A stretch of 64,000 bases of DNA from Candidatus Latescibacterota bacterium (GTDB taxonomy: Bacteria > Latescibacterota > UBA2968): contig OZ242195.1 of NCBI GenBank assembly GCA_965205975.1, positions 2,592,001 through 2,656,000 on the forward strand. The letters run 5' to 3'. Positions 38,001 through 48,358 of this stretch are shown piece by piece. The position numbers were made by a program, and so were the translations under genes. Every line of letters starts with the position of its first letter. Within the stretch, counting starts at the first letter, position 1. The notes beneath the pieces were generated by a model. The model made no database searches. It saw only the letters and a program-made list of their open reading frames with translations, and was not told the origin of the DNA.

Positions 38001-39041
38001 ATGCAAATCTTCGATCAATATTCAGATCTCCTGCAGCAGATTGAACAGAAAGGCTATCCATCCCAGGTACTCGGACATACGCCGGATGGGGCACCGCTGG
38101 TATGTATCAGAACCGGAGGAGAAAAAACACCGGCTATTTTTATCAGCGCGGGCAGTCATTCGACAGAACAGGCCGGAGTCGGAGCGGCAATGGGACTTCT
38201 GGACGTACTCGACACAGAACACCAGGTCTATGTGATACCCACCCGCGATCCAATGGGAATGAACGGATACGCGTACGCGCTGAGCTTGAGCCTCGGCGAA
38301 GAGCCGGAATTAAACTCCGTAGAAGATGTCGAGAAAATTCTGCGAGCACACGGCGAGGTACTCTACGAAGAGGATGAAACAGTAGTCGCAATCATAGGCG
38401 AATACGGGTACTCGACTAAGGGAATTTTCGGGAAATTCGAGGTGGGAGTTAATTTTATAGAACCGCTCTTTGGACGGCGCATTTTTTTTCCATCAAGCGC
38501 CGAAGGCATTGAAGGCACTGCCCTCTGCCAGCGAGCATATACCCTGATTGTAAGTCCAGAAGGCGAGATATTGCACATCAATCGCTTTCACGATACAGCG
38601 TGGTCGCCCGTGGAACCGCGTTGCACGCGCAATTTAATGGCCGAAATTCAGCCCGGACTGACACTGGACCTCCACGAATACGGAGGAGACGGCTTCTGGT
38701 TCTCCGCCCGTCACCAGCGCAATGCAGATGATGAAATGTGGGAAAAGCGGATGGCAGATGCAATAATTCGAGCAGTTGCCGATTCCGGAGCCAAACTTGC
38801 GCCAGAAGGTTATTCGCCCGGATCGTTTTTTGAAACAGGAGAACGCGGCGTATTCTGGTTGATCGCCCAAGAACGAGGAGAGGGCCTAAATCTGGCCGAT
38901 TACGGGGCGCATCAATACGGTCCATCATTTACAATTGAGACGGGAATGACCATGCAGGGCGGGTATCAGGAGCGCGTGCAAACATCTATGCTGGCAGCAC
39001 AAACCGCGATCTCGGTTTTTGAAGAACGATGGGTTAAATAA
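38001..39041 (+). CDS. M14-type zinc carboxypeptidase/deacylase-like protein
   Basis: HSTE, INR, LDLHE and TIET motifs. Confidence 0.7.
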   Translation: MQIFDQYSDLLQQIEQKGYPSQVLGHTPDGAPLVCIRTGGEKTPAIFISAGSHSTEQAGVGAAMGLLDVLDTEHQVYVIPTRDPMGMNGYAYALSLSLGEEPELNSVEDVEKILRAHGEVLYEEDETVVAIIGEYGYSTKGIFGKFEVGVNFIEPLFGRRIFFPSSAEGIEGTALCQRAYTLIVSPEGEILHINRFHDTAWSPVEPRCTRNLMAEIQPGLTLDLHEYGGDGFWFSARHQRNADDEMWEKRMADAIIRAVADSGAKLAPEGYSPGSFFETGERGVFWLIAQERGEGLNLADYGAHQYGPSFTIETGMTMQGGYQERVQTSMLAAQTAISVFEERWVK

Positions 39042-39066
39042 GGCGTTTACATGCTCATGCAGGAGA

Positions 39067-39312
39067 TCACGATTCTGAGATTAATGAACGGAGTGCTTTA
39101 TTTACAGAATTGGAATCGGGGAAATGTTGTTTTACATCTGGGTCTAACATAATAGAACCGTCTTCCTCTGTGAAACAGCGGGTTTCTATTGAGCCATCCT
39201 CTTTTCTTATTTTAACCGTATGCCCTTCACGGTAAGCCTTAAAATGTTTTCCCTGAACCCCGTCAGCGAAATCGTATTCTGATCGCATGTTCTTATCTTT
39301 ATTGCCCTTCAT
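39067..39312 (-). CDS. BrnA-like antitoxin
   Basis: MRSEYDF-GV-GK...LDPDV-HFPDS-SVNKALR. Confidence 0.78.
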   Translation of the reverse strand: MKGNKDKNMRSEYDFADGVQGKHFKAYREGHTVKIRKEDGSIETRCFTEEDGSIMLDPDVKQHFPDSNSVNKALRSLISES

Positions 39313-39583
39313 AATTGCGTCGCTCCCTTCGGGTAGCTTCTCTACTGCTGATGAGACGAATTCGTGAGCCTCTCTCTGTATAGAATACAACCAGGAATCT
39401 TCCTTTTGATGAAAGTCCCAAATCAATATACCGGTCTTCATTTATCGAATGATCTGGATCATAAACCGTAATAGCAAAAGGATCGTTAAAGATTGTCTTT
39501 GCTTCTTCGAAACTGACACCGTGTTTTTTCTGGTTCTCCCTGGATTTATTCTCATCCCATTCAAATACCAGTGACAAAGGCAC
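39299..39583 (-). CDS. brnT: BrnT-family toxin
   Basis: FEWDENKS-N-KKHGVSFEEA...RLISSREAT. Confidence 0.9.
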   Translation of the reverse strand: MPLSLVFEWDENKSRENQKKHGVSFEEAKTIFNDPFAITVYDPDHSINEDRYIDLGLSSKGRFLVVFYTERGSRIRLISSREATRRERRNYEGQ

Positions 39584-39676
39584 ATCTCCATTTTGCTTGA
39601 TTTGTTACATCTGTAGCATTTCAATAATAGCCAAATTTCACGCGTACTACAAGAGAAGAAATCTAAAGGACGAATA

Positions 39677-39991
39677 ATGGACAATATCTTCACAGGTATT
39701 CCGAAAACTCTGGAAAATGAATTTTTTGAAGTCTTGCTAACGGATAAAAGCCTGAAAATAGAGCGCATTGTCTCACGCGGACATCGCTCGCCTGCTTCGG
39801 GCTGGTACGACCAGGATCAAAACGAATGGGTGATGGTCGTACGCGGTAAAGCCATCATCTCGTATAAAGACGGCTCGTCAGTCCACCTCAAAACAGGAGA
39901 TCATATTCACATACCCGCCCACACCGAGCATCGAGTGGCGTGGACGGATCCCGACAATGATACGATTTGGTTGGCCGTGCATTACCCTTGA
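39677..39991 (+). CDS. Cupin-domain protein
   Basis: IERIVSRGH-SP-WYDQ-EWV...IPAH-HRV-WT. Confidence 0.88.
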   Translation: MDNIFTGIPKTLENEFFEVLLTDKSLKIERIVSRGHRSPASGWYDQDQNEWVMVVRGKAIISYKDGSSVHLKTGDHIHIPAHTEHRVAWTDPDNDTIWLAVHYP

Positions 39992-40004
39992 GGGGAACCA
40001 CGTT

Positions 40005-41321
40005 ATGAATTTAATCCAAAAAGTTGCATTGTGTGTTTTTGTCACGCTTATTGCGTGTGGTGATAAACCCACAGAACCAGAAAATGGAGATAATCCCACA
40101 GATAGCGGTCTGGATGCACACCGCTTTGATATTACGGAAAACCAGACCAGCGATTTCGGTATGAGCACGCCTGGTGGACGCGGGGGCAGGGTCATTCGGG
40201 TGACAAATCTATTGCCGAGTGGACAGGGATCGCTGGATGCGGCACTATCTGCATCGGGACCACGTATTGTAGTATTTGAAGTGGGAGGGGTAATTGACCT
40301 GAACAAAACGCGGTTGAACATCCGCGAGCCGTTTGTAACTGTGGCGGGACAAACCGCACCGAGCCCGGGCATTACCATCATTCGCGGTGCCATTTTCATT
40401 CAAACACACGATGTAATTATGCAACATATTCGCGTGCGACCAGGCGATGCGGGAGAACCCAGGAGAAGTGGATGGGAGCCGGATGGCATCTCCACAGCGG
40501 GTGCTGATGCGTACAATATATTGATCGACCACTGTTCGATTTCATGGGCAGTAGATGAAAATTTGAGCGCGTCTGGTCCAAACACCGAAGGCCCGGATGC
40601 GACTTCTCGGCGCATCGCATTTGTCAATTGCATCATCGCCGAATGCCTGAATGATGCATCCCACAGCAAAGGCCCGCACTCCATGGGATCGCTGATTCAC
40701 GACTTCTGCCGAGAGATCGCCATCATCGGCAACTTGTATGCCCACAATGCAAATCGCAACCCGTATTTCAAAGCATTTACAACCGGAGTGATCGTGAACA
40801 ATTTAATCTACAACCCGGGATCCCGAGCGATTCAACTGAGTTTTTCAGATGCCGAATTTAGCGACACCAATCTCGTACCTCAAAATGCACGCGTGAGTGT
40901 GGTCGGCAATGTGATGATTCACGGAGGAAATACCCGGTCGGGACTGGCACTGGTATCCTCAAAGGGCGATGCCTACCTCGAGGATAATATCGCGCTGAAT
41001 CGAACCGGTGCTAATGTGCCTTTGACCTCGGGCAATATCCGCATTTTGGAAGAGAAGCCCATCTGGGGCAACATCACACCGTTGCCCGCATCTGCGGTTG
41101 TAGAACATGTGGTGCAAAGCGCTGGTGCGCGTCCAAAAGACCGCGATGAAATAGATCAGCGGATTATACACGAATTTCGCGCGCGCGAAGGCCGGATGAT
41201 AGATAGCCAGCAGGAGGTGGGTGGATATCCTCAAATAAAAATGGTCAGACGACCGCTGAATATTCCCGCGGATGTAGATGCGTGGTTGGCGCAACTCGCA
41301 GCAGAACTCGAAGGAAAATAA
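40005..41321 (+). CDS. Pectate-lyase-like (PL1-type beta-helix) lipoprotein
   Basis: Lipobox LIAC; GGRGG, PRIVVFEVGG, GQTAP, IDHCS-SW-DE and RNP motifs. Confidence 0.85.
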   Translation: MNLIQKVALCVFVTLIACGDKPTEPENGDNPTDSGLDAHRFDITENQTSDFGMSTPGGRGGRVIRVTNLLPSGQGSLDAALSASGPRIVVFEVGGVIDLNKTRLNIREPFVTVAGQTAPSPGITIIRGAIFIQTHDVIMQHIRVRPGDAGEPRRSGWEPDGISTAGADAYNILIDHCSISWAVDENLSASGPNTEGPDATSRRIAFVNCIIAECLNDASHSKGPHSMGSLIHDFCREIAIIGNLYAHNANRNPYFKAFTTGVIVNNLIYNPGSRAIQLSFSDAEFSDTNLVPQNARVSVVGNVMIHGGNTRSGLALVSSKGDAYLEDNIALNRTGANVPLTSGNIRILEEKPIWGNITPLPASAVVEHVVQSAGARPKDRDEIDQRIIHEFRAREGRMIDSQQEVGGYPQIKMVRRPLNIPADVDAWLAQLAAELEGK

Positions 41322-41345
41322 CCGTAAAAAGAAAAAGGATAACAC

Positions 41346-42218
41346 ATGCAAAAACGAACCCTTGGACGTACCGGGCATCAGAGCACTGTAGCGACCTTTG
41401 GCGCATTCTCGGTTGGATATGTAGATCAGGACGAAGCAGACCGCGCCATACAACTCGTCCTTGACCACGGCGTAAACCACATCGACATTGCGCCGAGCTA
41501 TGGACATGCGATGGAACGCATGGCCCCGTGGATGCCCGACATACGGGACAGCGTATTTCTCGGCGCAAAAACAACTGGTCGCACGCGCGACGAAGCGTGG
41601 CGGGATGTGGAACAAATGATGAAACGACTAAACGTCGAAAACTTCGACCTGTTCCAACTCCACTCGGTCGGCAATATCCTCGAACTGGACAAAGCCACCG
41701 CATCGGGCGGCGCACTTGAAACCCTGATAGAAATGCGCGAACAGGGTTTGACCAGATGGCTGGGCATCACCGGGCACGGACCCCAGGTGCCGAGTACCAT
41801 CCTGGAAAGCCTGAGCCGCTTCGATTTCGACACCGTCATGTTCCCACTGAACCCGGCAAGCATGCGAGACGCGGATTATCGCCGGGACGCCGAAGCACTA
41901 CTCGCCGAAGCAAATGCGCGCGACATTGGCATCCAAACAATCAAAATGATCGCACGCGGCGGCTGGGGTGAAAATTCAAAAGACTGCCACACCTGGTACG
42001 ACCCGCACCGGGAACAAGAAGCCATAGACCAGTCCCTGTGGTGGGTCCTGTCCCAACCGATACACACTGCCCCCACCTGTGGTGAAATCAGCTTGCTACC
42101 CAAAGTCCTCGACGCCGCCGAGCGATTCGTCCCCCTCACCCCCGACGAACAGGCCGCCGCCATCGCCGCACAGCGACCACCCCAGCCACTTCCAGCGCTG
42201 GCGATTCCCGAAGTGTGA
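41346..42218 (+). CDS. Aldo/keto reductase
   Basis: LGRTG, IDIAPSYG, DLFQLH and GITGH motifs. Confidence 0.9.
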   Translation: MQKRTLGRTGHQSTVATFGAFSVGYVDQDEADRAIQLVLDHGVNHIDIAPSYGHAMERMAPWMPDIRDSVFLGAKTTGRTRDEAWRDVEQMMKRLNVENFDLFQLHSVGNILELDKATASGGALETLIEMREQGLTRWLGITGHGPQVPSTILESLSRFDFDTVMFPLNPASMRDADYRRDAEALLAEANARDIGIQTIKMIARGGWGENSKDCHTWYDPHREQEAIDQSLWWVLSQPIHTAPTCGEISLLPKVLDAAERFVPLTPDEQAAAIAAQRPPQPLPALAIPEV

Positions 42219-42359
42219 ACCACCCCCATAACCTCTTGCCAGACACGCAAAACTTTGGCATCATGCAAAAAAGAAAGCGTTGGACTCTGGGCTTTTTTCC
42301 TTCTATGAACCAAGCCAGATCTGACAAACAACCATCCTCAAATCGGAAGGGAGCTTATC

Positions 42360-42785
42360 ATGCTCAAGCAAATAGTCGGCGCAATTCTCCTTATTGTGGG
42401 GGTGGCGGTTGCCATCCACACCGTAGTAGAACCGCTCTATCATGTCTCCACCGACGAGCAGCTATACAGCTCGTTTTGGGGCATCCTGAATCCGTTGATG
42501 GTGCTATCAATTATACTGGGCTTAATATTCGGATACATCCGCAAAAAAGGCGTCGCTGGTGACGACGCCATCACCCGCGAATACCTCGCCGCCAACATCC
42601 AGTTCTACGGCCTATTATTCGTCGGTATCATGTTCTTCTGGAACTATTTTAACTACTATTATGGCCCTAAATTTACCGCAATAGGAGCCGACACCCAATC
42701 ACTCGTGTGGATACTCATCGACGCCAGCCTCCCGCTACTTTTAGGCGCAATGGGCATATCTTTGCTACGCAGCAACGACGAGTAA
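42360..42785 (+). CDS. Hypothetical four-helix membrane protein
   Basis: GGAG RBS; four hydrophobic segments. Confidence 0.7.
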   Translation: MLKQIVGAILLIVGVAVAIHTVVEPLYHVSTDEQLYSSFWGILNPLMVLSIILGLIFGYIRKKGVAGDDAITREYLAANIQFYGLLFVGIMFFWNYFNYYYGPKFTAIGADTQSLVWILIDASLPLLLGAMGISLLRSNDE

Positions 42786-42786
42786 A

Positions 42787-43155
42787 GTGGCGCAGTTACT
42801 ATTCATAGCCGGTGGGGGTGCTCTGGGAGCCTTATTGCGCTACGGGATGTCCATAAGCATACACATCCTGTTCGGACGCGGCTTTCCCTATGGTACGCTC
42901 ACGGTCAACGTCACCGGATCGATCCTCATGGGGCTCCTTTACGTATGCCTGTCTGAATATATGGACATGCCCTGGCGCGATGGCCTGCTAATAGGTCTCC
43001 TGGGAGCGTTCACCACTTTTTCGACCTTTTCCATCGAAACCCTGCACCTGCTGGAAACGAGCCATCCTGTACTCGCCTTGATGAACATCATCTTAAGTGT
43101 CACCCTCTGCATCGCGGGATGCTGGATCGGCATTGTAATAGGGCGAGCACTATAA
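42787..43155 (+). CDS. crcB: Fluoride channel FluC/CrcB
   Basis: GGALGALLRY, FPYGTL-VN-GS and GAFTTFSTF motifs. Confidence 0.93.
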   Translation: MAQLLFIAGGGALGALLRYGMSISIHILFGRGFPYGTLTVNVTGSILMGLLYVCLSEYMDMPWRDGLLIGLLGAFTTFSTFSIETLHLLETSHPVLALMNIILSVTLCIAGCWIGIVIGRAL

Positions 43156-43266
43156 AGGGATTTATCATACTAAAAAAAATTAAATCCACAAGAACACTCT
43201 GACCAATGGCGTGTATAAACAGCACAGACAGAAGACAGTTACAGACACTACACAAAGGAGAATTGC

Positions 43267-44490
43267 ATGGTCAAACGCATCATCGCCATTGGCATCATCT
43301 TTTTCTGCATCGCAGTAGGCTGGATTATTCTGAGTGCCACCACCTACATACGCACAGAGGAACAGGACGACAAGCTCAAAAGTGCAGTGGGGCAACTCTG
43401 GGGCACAGCACAGACCCAGCGAGCACCGCAAATCTACTGGTTGGAGCGCGTCACCCACATCGAAACTATTGACGGCGAGTCTGTCTCACGCACAGTAGAT
43501 GAAAAACACTTCCTGAACCTGAAAGTCAGTCGCATTGAAGTTGACCTGTCTCTGGAACACCGGCGCAAAGGCTTGCTGTGGTATTCCACCTACCAGGTGC
43601 AATTCGCAGCCTCGTACACCTTGATCAACCCCACAGACCAGAATCGGCACCTGTCCTTCGACCTGGAACTACCAGCCCCGAATGCAGTGTACGACGACTT
43701 CACCTTAACCGTTGACGGTCAATCCATTGCCGAACTCCCAATCCGCAAGGGTCATTTAATCCAACCCATCGACCTATCACCTGGACAGGAACTCTCCATT
43801 GACCTCTCCTATCACTCCCAGGGCCTGGACGAATGGCGGTACAGTTTTGGGGACCACGTTAACCAGGTATCGGACTTTGAACTGGTGATGCATACGGACT
43901 TCGCCGCCATTGACTTTCCCCAAAACAGCATGTCTCCCACCTCGAGGACCCGCGATGGCGACGCCTGGACCCTGACGTGGAAATACAACCATCTCCTCAC
44001 CGGCATTGACCTGGGAATGATCCTTCCAGCCCGTCTCAATCCCGGCCCCTGGGTCGGCAAAGTCGTTGCCGCCGCCCCCATCTCCCTCTTTCTTTTTTTC
44101 TTTTTGCTCTTTATCTTTTCCATAGTGCGCGACCTCGACCTGCACCCGATGCACTATTTCTTCATCGGTGCCGCCTTCTTCAGTTTTCATTTGCTACTGG
44201 CTTATCTGGTTGACCACCTGATCATCCACTACGCATTTGTCCTATCTTCGGCGGTCTCCATTGTCCTCGTCATCTCGTACATGAGACTGGTCCTGGGCAC
44301 GCGCCTGGCATTTGTCGAAATCGGCCTGGGGCAATTTGTCTATCTCGTACTATTTTCCTACACCTTTTTCTTCCCCGGCTATACCGGACTGGCCGTCACC
44401 CTCTTGTGCATTGCGACCTTATTCGCTGTCATGCAATTCACCGGCCGCATCGACTGGAACGCGGTATTTAATAAGGAATCATCTCGATGA
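43267..44490 (+). CDS. CreD-like inner-membrane protein
   Basis: N-terminal TM, periplasmic domain, LHPMHY and C-terminal TM bundle ending TGRIDW. Confidence 0.75.
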   Translation: MVKRIIAIGIIFFCIAVGWIILSATTYIRTEEQDDKLKSAVGQLWGTAQTQRAPQIYWLERVTHIETIDGESVSRTVDEKHFLNLKVSRIEVDLSLEHRRKGLLWYSTYQVQFAASYTLINPTDQNRHLSFDLELPAPNAVYDDFTLTVDGQSIAELPIRKGHLIQPIDLSPGQELSIDLSYHSQGLDEWRYSFGDHVNQVSDFELVMHTDFAAIDFPQNSMSPTSRTRDGDAWTLTWKYNHLLTGIDLGMILPARLNPGPWVGKVVAAAPISLFLFFFLLFIFSIVRDLDLHPMHYFFIGAAFFSFHLLLAYLVDHLIIHYAFVLSSAVSIVLVISYMRLVLGTRLAFVEIGLGQFVYLVLFSYTFFFPGYTGLAVTLLCIATLFAVMQFTGRIDWNAVFNKESSR

Positions 44491-45923
44491 GTATATCAGT
44501 AGATAAAATCGACCTCAACGTTTTGAACATGCACACGCGATTTCCGTTTAAATACGGAATAGCATCGCTCGTGGCATTGCCCCATTTATTTGTGCGAGCG
44601 CGGGTCAAAGTCGATGGAAAAACAGAAATTGGATTGGCTGCAGAGGGACTGCCACCAAAGTGGTTCACCAAAAATCCAGACGCGCCGTTTGATTCCGATC
44701 TGGATGAAATGCTCACCGTTATCCAAAATGCCTGTGATATTGCCCTGCACAGCGATGCAGAAAATTCGGTATTTGATCTCTGGCAGACGATTTATGCCAA
44801 ACAGAGCGCGTGGGCCAAAACAACGGCCTATCCGCCGCTCTTATGGTCATTCGGCGTCAGCATGATCGAACGCGCAGTAATCGACGCCTTTTGTCGAACA
44901 AAAGGCGTGACATTTGCACAAGCTATAAAAGAAAATACATTGGGCATTCGCCTTGCCGACATCCACAGCGAATTGCACGGCAATGCCCCCGGCGACCTCT
45001 TGCCACACGCGGCGCGACGATCAATCACCGTACGGCACACCGTGGGCCTCGCCGATCCATTGACCGATAAAGACATCGCAGACGAAGATCGCGTCAATGA
45101 TGGCCTGCCGCAGTCATTGGCTGCAAATATCGAAGCCTATCAGTTGACACACCTGAAAATTAAGCTATGTGGCGATGCAGAACAGGACCTTGCTCGCCTT
45201 CGGCAAATCGCGGGCCTGATGCCCGATCAATGCGCCTTCACACTCGACGGCAACGAACAGTACACAGAGGTCGAACCCTTTAGAAAACTCTGGAACACCA
45301 TTCAAGGCGATACCGTGCTCTCATCTTTTATGGAAGGACTGATCTTTGTCGAGCAACCACTTCATCGCGACATGGCCCTCAGTGCAACCGTCAAAGCCGT
45401 ACTAACAGATTGGACCGACCGTCCCCCGATGATCATCGACGAATCCGACGGCGCGCTCGACAGTGCAACGCAGGCATTGGATTGCGGCTACGTGGGCATG
45501 AGCCACAAAAATTGTAAAGGCATCTTCAAAGGCATTGCCAATGCGTGCTTAATAGCCCATCGCCAACAACGCGACCCCTCGGGAACTTATGTCTTAAGCA
45601 GTGAGGACCTCGCCAATGTCGGTCCTGTAGCTTTATTACAGGACCTCGCGGTACTCGCTGTATTGGGCGTAGATCACTCAGAGCGCAACGGACATCACTA
45701 TTTTGCGGGATTGCACATGTATCCCGAAACCATCCAAAAACAAGTACTCGCGCATCACAGCACCCTTTATCGCCAACACGCGCGTGGCTTTCCCATTCTA
45801 AATGTACACAATGGCACACTCAACGTAGAAAGCGTAGTCGAAGCACCATTTGGTTATGGATTCGAACTGGACACCCTTCAATTTACCTCCCTCGCGGACT
45901 GGACCATAGATGAACTCGCCTGA
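44487..45923 (+). CDS. Enolase/mandelate racemase-superfamily protein
   Basis: KIK, LDGNE, VEQP and IDES metal ligands; HKNCKG. Confidence 0.75.
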   Translation: MSISVDKIDLNVLNMHTRFPFKYGIASLVALPHLFVRARVKVDGKTEIGLAAEGLPPKWFTKNPDAPFDSDLDEMLTVIQNACDIALHSDAENSVFDLWQTIYAKQSAWAKTTAYPPLLWSFGVSMIERAVIDAFCRTKGVTFAQAIKENTLGIRLADIHSELHGNAPGDLLPHAARRSITVRHTVGLADPLTDKDIADEDRVNDGLPQSLAANIEAYQLTHLKIKLCGDAEQDLARLRQIAGLMPDQCAFTLDGNEQYTEVEPFRKLWNTIQGDTVLSSFMEGLIFVEQPLHRDMALSATVKAVLTDWTDRPPMIIDESDGALDSATQALDCGYVGMSHKNCKGIFKGIANACLIAHRQQRDPSGTYVLSSEDLANVGPVALLQDLAVLAVLGVDHSERNGHHYFAGLHMYPETIQKQVLAHHSTLYRQHARGFPILNVHNGTLNVESVVEAPFGYGFELDTLQFTSLADWTIDELA

Positions 45924-45934
45924 GGGCTAAAACA

Positions 45935-47296
45935 ATGACCATAAACTGGCACCACATCGAAAAAGAAGTAACAAATTTCTTACAGCACCTGATTCAGTGT
46001 AACACGACCAATCCCCCGGGCAATGAAATCCTGTGTGCAAATTATATTGCCGATGTATTGAAGCGCGAGGGCATTGATGCTACGATTACAGAATCAGAAC
46101 CCGGACGCGGAAATGTCACAGCGCGCTTAAAAGGTGGAAAGGAACCCGCGCTCATGCTATTGGGACACACAGACGTCGTCGCCGTAGAACCCGATAAATG
46201 GTCGCGCGACCCCTTTGGGGGAGAATTGCACAACGGCTATATCTGGGGGCGCGGCGCACTGGACATGAAAAACATGGTCGCGGCAGAACTCATGGTCTTC
46301 TTGCTCTTAAAACGGCAGGGAGTGACACTAAACCGCGACGTAATCTATGCGGCAACCGCAGATGAAGAAGCGGGCAGAGGAAACCACGGCATTGGTTGGC
46401 TCATCGATCGCCATCCCGAACAAGTCAATGCAAAATACGTATTGACAGAAGGCGGAGGCGGAGATTTTTATGTAAATGGAAAACACTTTTATACGTGTCA
46501 AACGGGACAAAAAGGCATTTTTCGCTTTCGCCTGCAAGCAAAAGGACGCCCAGGACACGGCTCCCGCCCGCACCGCGACAATGCAGTCATCAAACTCAGC
46601 CGCGCCATTGCTGCATTGGGACAGGCAAAACTTCCAATGCATCCCTCAAAAACACTGCGCGCATTTTTAGAAGGCATTGCGGCGACACAGGACGATGAGA
46701 CTGCACAACAGTTGCGTCGAGTACTCGATACAGAAAACAGTGAGAACGCATTGCAAAAATTGCCTCTCGCGCCAGATATAATCGCCTCACTGCGCGCCCT
46801 ATTGCAAAATACGATCTCACCAACAATCCTCGAAGCAGGCAGTAAAATCAATGTCATACCCGCCGAAGCAACTGCGCGGATTGACGGCCGGCTCGCGCCC
46901 GGCCAGACCGATAAGAGCTTTGAAGCCGAAATCCGACCCTGTATTGGCTGTGAAATCGACCTCATCACAGATCAATACAGCCCCCCCTTAGAGACGAGTA
47001 CAAATTCGCCCCTGTACGAAACCATTGTCCATGTTATGGCAGAACGAGACCCAGACGCCACCGTAGTTCCCGCTCTGATGACCGGAGGCACAGACGCCAA
47101 GCATATTTGCCCGCGCTGGCCCCACGTACAGGTTTACGGATTTATGCCCCACCGGCAAGTCCCGGGAGAAGAAGAAATGAATCTGATACACGGTCATAAC
47201 GAACGCATCTCAGTCGAAAATCTCGTCTTTGCAACGCGCATTTTATACGATATTGTAATGCGATTTTGCCAATCCTCACCGGGAGATAACGCATGA
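45935..47296 (+). CDS. M20/M25/M40 metallopeptidase/deacylase
   Basis: HTDVV, GRGALDMK, ADEE, GGTD and HGHNE motifs. Confidence 0.9.
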   Translation: MTINWHHIEKEVTNFLQHLIQCNTTNPPGNEILCANYIADVLKREGIDATITESEPGRGNVTARLKGGKEPALMLLGHTDVVAVEPDKWSRDPFGGELHNGYIWGRGALDMKNMVAAELMVFLLLKRQGVTLNRDVIYAATADEEAGRGNHGIGWLIDRHPEQVNAKYVLTEGGGGDFYVNGKHFYTCQTGQKGIFRFRLQAKGRPGHGSRPHRDNAVIKLSRAIAALGQAKLPMHPSKTLRAFLEGIAATQDDETAQQLRRVLDTENSENALQKLPLAPDIIASLRALLQNTISPTILEAGSKINVIPAEATARIDGRLAPGQTDKSFEAEIRPCIGCEIDLITDQYSPPLETSTNSPLYETIVHVMAERDPDATVVPALMTGGTDAKHICPRWPHVQVYGFMPHRQVPGEEEMNLIHGHNERISVENLVFATRILYDIVMRFCQSSPGDNA

Positions 47297-48258
47297 AAAT
47301 TCTGGTGACAGATTATGCCTGGGCAAATTTAGACGTAGAAAAAAGTGTCCTAAATGAAATCGGTGCCGAACTCATTCCCGCATCCGATGGCGAGGAAAAA
47401 ACACTTGTCCAATTGGCGCAAGGGTGCTGCGGCATCATGACCTGCTGGGCGCAAACAACGCGCGCGGTTATCGCATCTGCATTGCCCGATCTGAAAGTAA
47501 TCGTGCGATACGGCGTAGGACTGGACAATATCGATGTAGCCTATGCAACCGAACAGGGCATTCCCGTAGCCAATGTACCCGATTATTGTTTTATCGACGT
47601 AGCCGAGCAAACCATGGCCCTGCTATTGGGACTTTCGCACAAAGTCGCGCAATTTGATCGGCTAATTCGCAGCGGCACATGGGATATTCAGGCCGGCTTG
47701 CCCATGCGGCGTTTAACGGGACAGGTACTCGGATTAATCGGCTTTGGACAAATTGCGCGCGAAGTTGTTCCCCGCGCACGGGCTTTTGGGCTACATGTAT
47801 TGGCCTACTCGCGGTCTTTGACACCAGAACAAGCGCGCGCCTGTGGCGTCGAATCCACAGACCTGGACACCTTGCTTCGCACATCGGATTTTGTATCGCT
47901 CCACTGCCCATCTACCGATGAAACGCGAAGCCTGATCAATGCCGATAACCTCTCAAAAATGAAGCCGACAGCGTGTTTGATCAACACATCGCGGGGCGAT
48001 ATTATCAATGAAGCAGCACTACTTGAGGCATTGGAAAATAACACCATTGCAGGTGCTGCCCTCGACGTGCGATGTCAGGAACCGCCCGAAGCGGGGGATC
48101 GTTTAATCCACACAGATCGGGTAATTCACAGCCCACATTCGGCTTTTTATTCGGAAGAATCACTCATTGAATTACAAAAAAAAGCCGCCTGGGAAGCGCG
48201 GCGAGTTCTGGCGGGAAAGACCCCCGTGCATCTGGTCAATCCGGAAATAGACGAATAG
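47293..48258 (+). CDS. D-2-hydroxyacid dehydrogenase (CtBP-like)
   Basis: GVGLDNID, GFGQIA, INTSRG and SPHSAF motifs. Confidence 0.9.
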   Translation: MKILVTDYAWANLDVEKSVLNEIGAELIPASDGEEKTLVQLAQGCCGIMTCWAQTTRAVIASALPDLKVIVRYGVGLDNIDVAYATEQGIPVANVPDYCFIDVAEQTMALLLGLSHKVAQFDRLIRSGTWDIQAGLPMRRLTGQVLGLIGFGQIAREVVPRARAFGLHVLAYSRSLTPEQARACGVESTDLDTLLRTSDFVSLHCPSTDETRSLINADNLSKMKPTACLINTSRGDIINEAALLEALENNTIAGAALDVRCQEPPEAGDRLIHTDRVIHSPHSAFYSEESLIELQKKAAWEARRVLAGKTPVHLVNPEIDE

Positions 48259-48340
48259 ACGAATAGACGAATAGACGAACCCCGCCCTACCACCCAAAGT
48301 TGTTATAAACTCCGTCGTTGATTCGTTGATTCGTTGATTC
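48246..48340. repeat. Composite octamer element B (inverted relative to A)
   Basis: (GAATAGAC)x~4 + core 29/34 identical to A + (GTTGATTC)x3; supplies the stop codon of the upstream gene. Confidence 0.85.
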
Positions 48341-48358
48341 ATTGAAAGGAGTATCAGT

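Noticed and set aside
42220..42787. Fluoride riboswitch upstream of crcB
   Set aside because: No GGCGATGG-type consensus or pseudoknot seen
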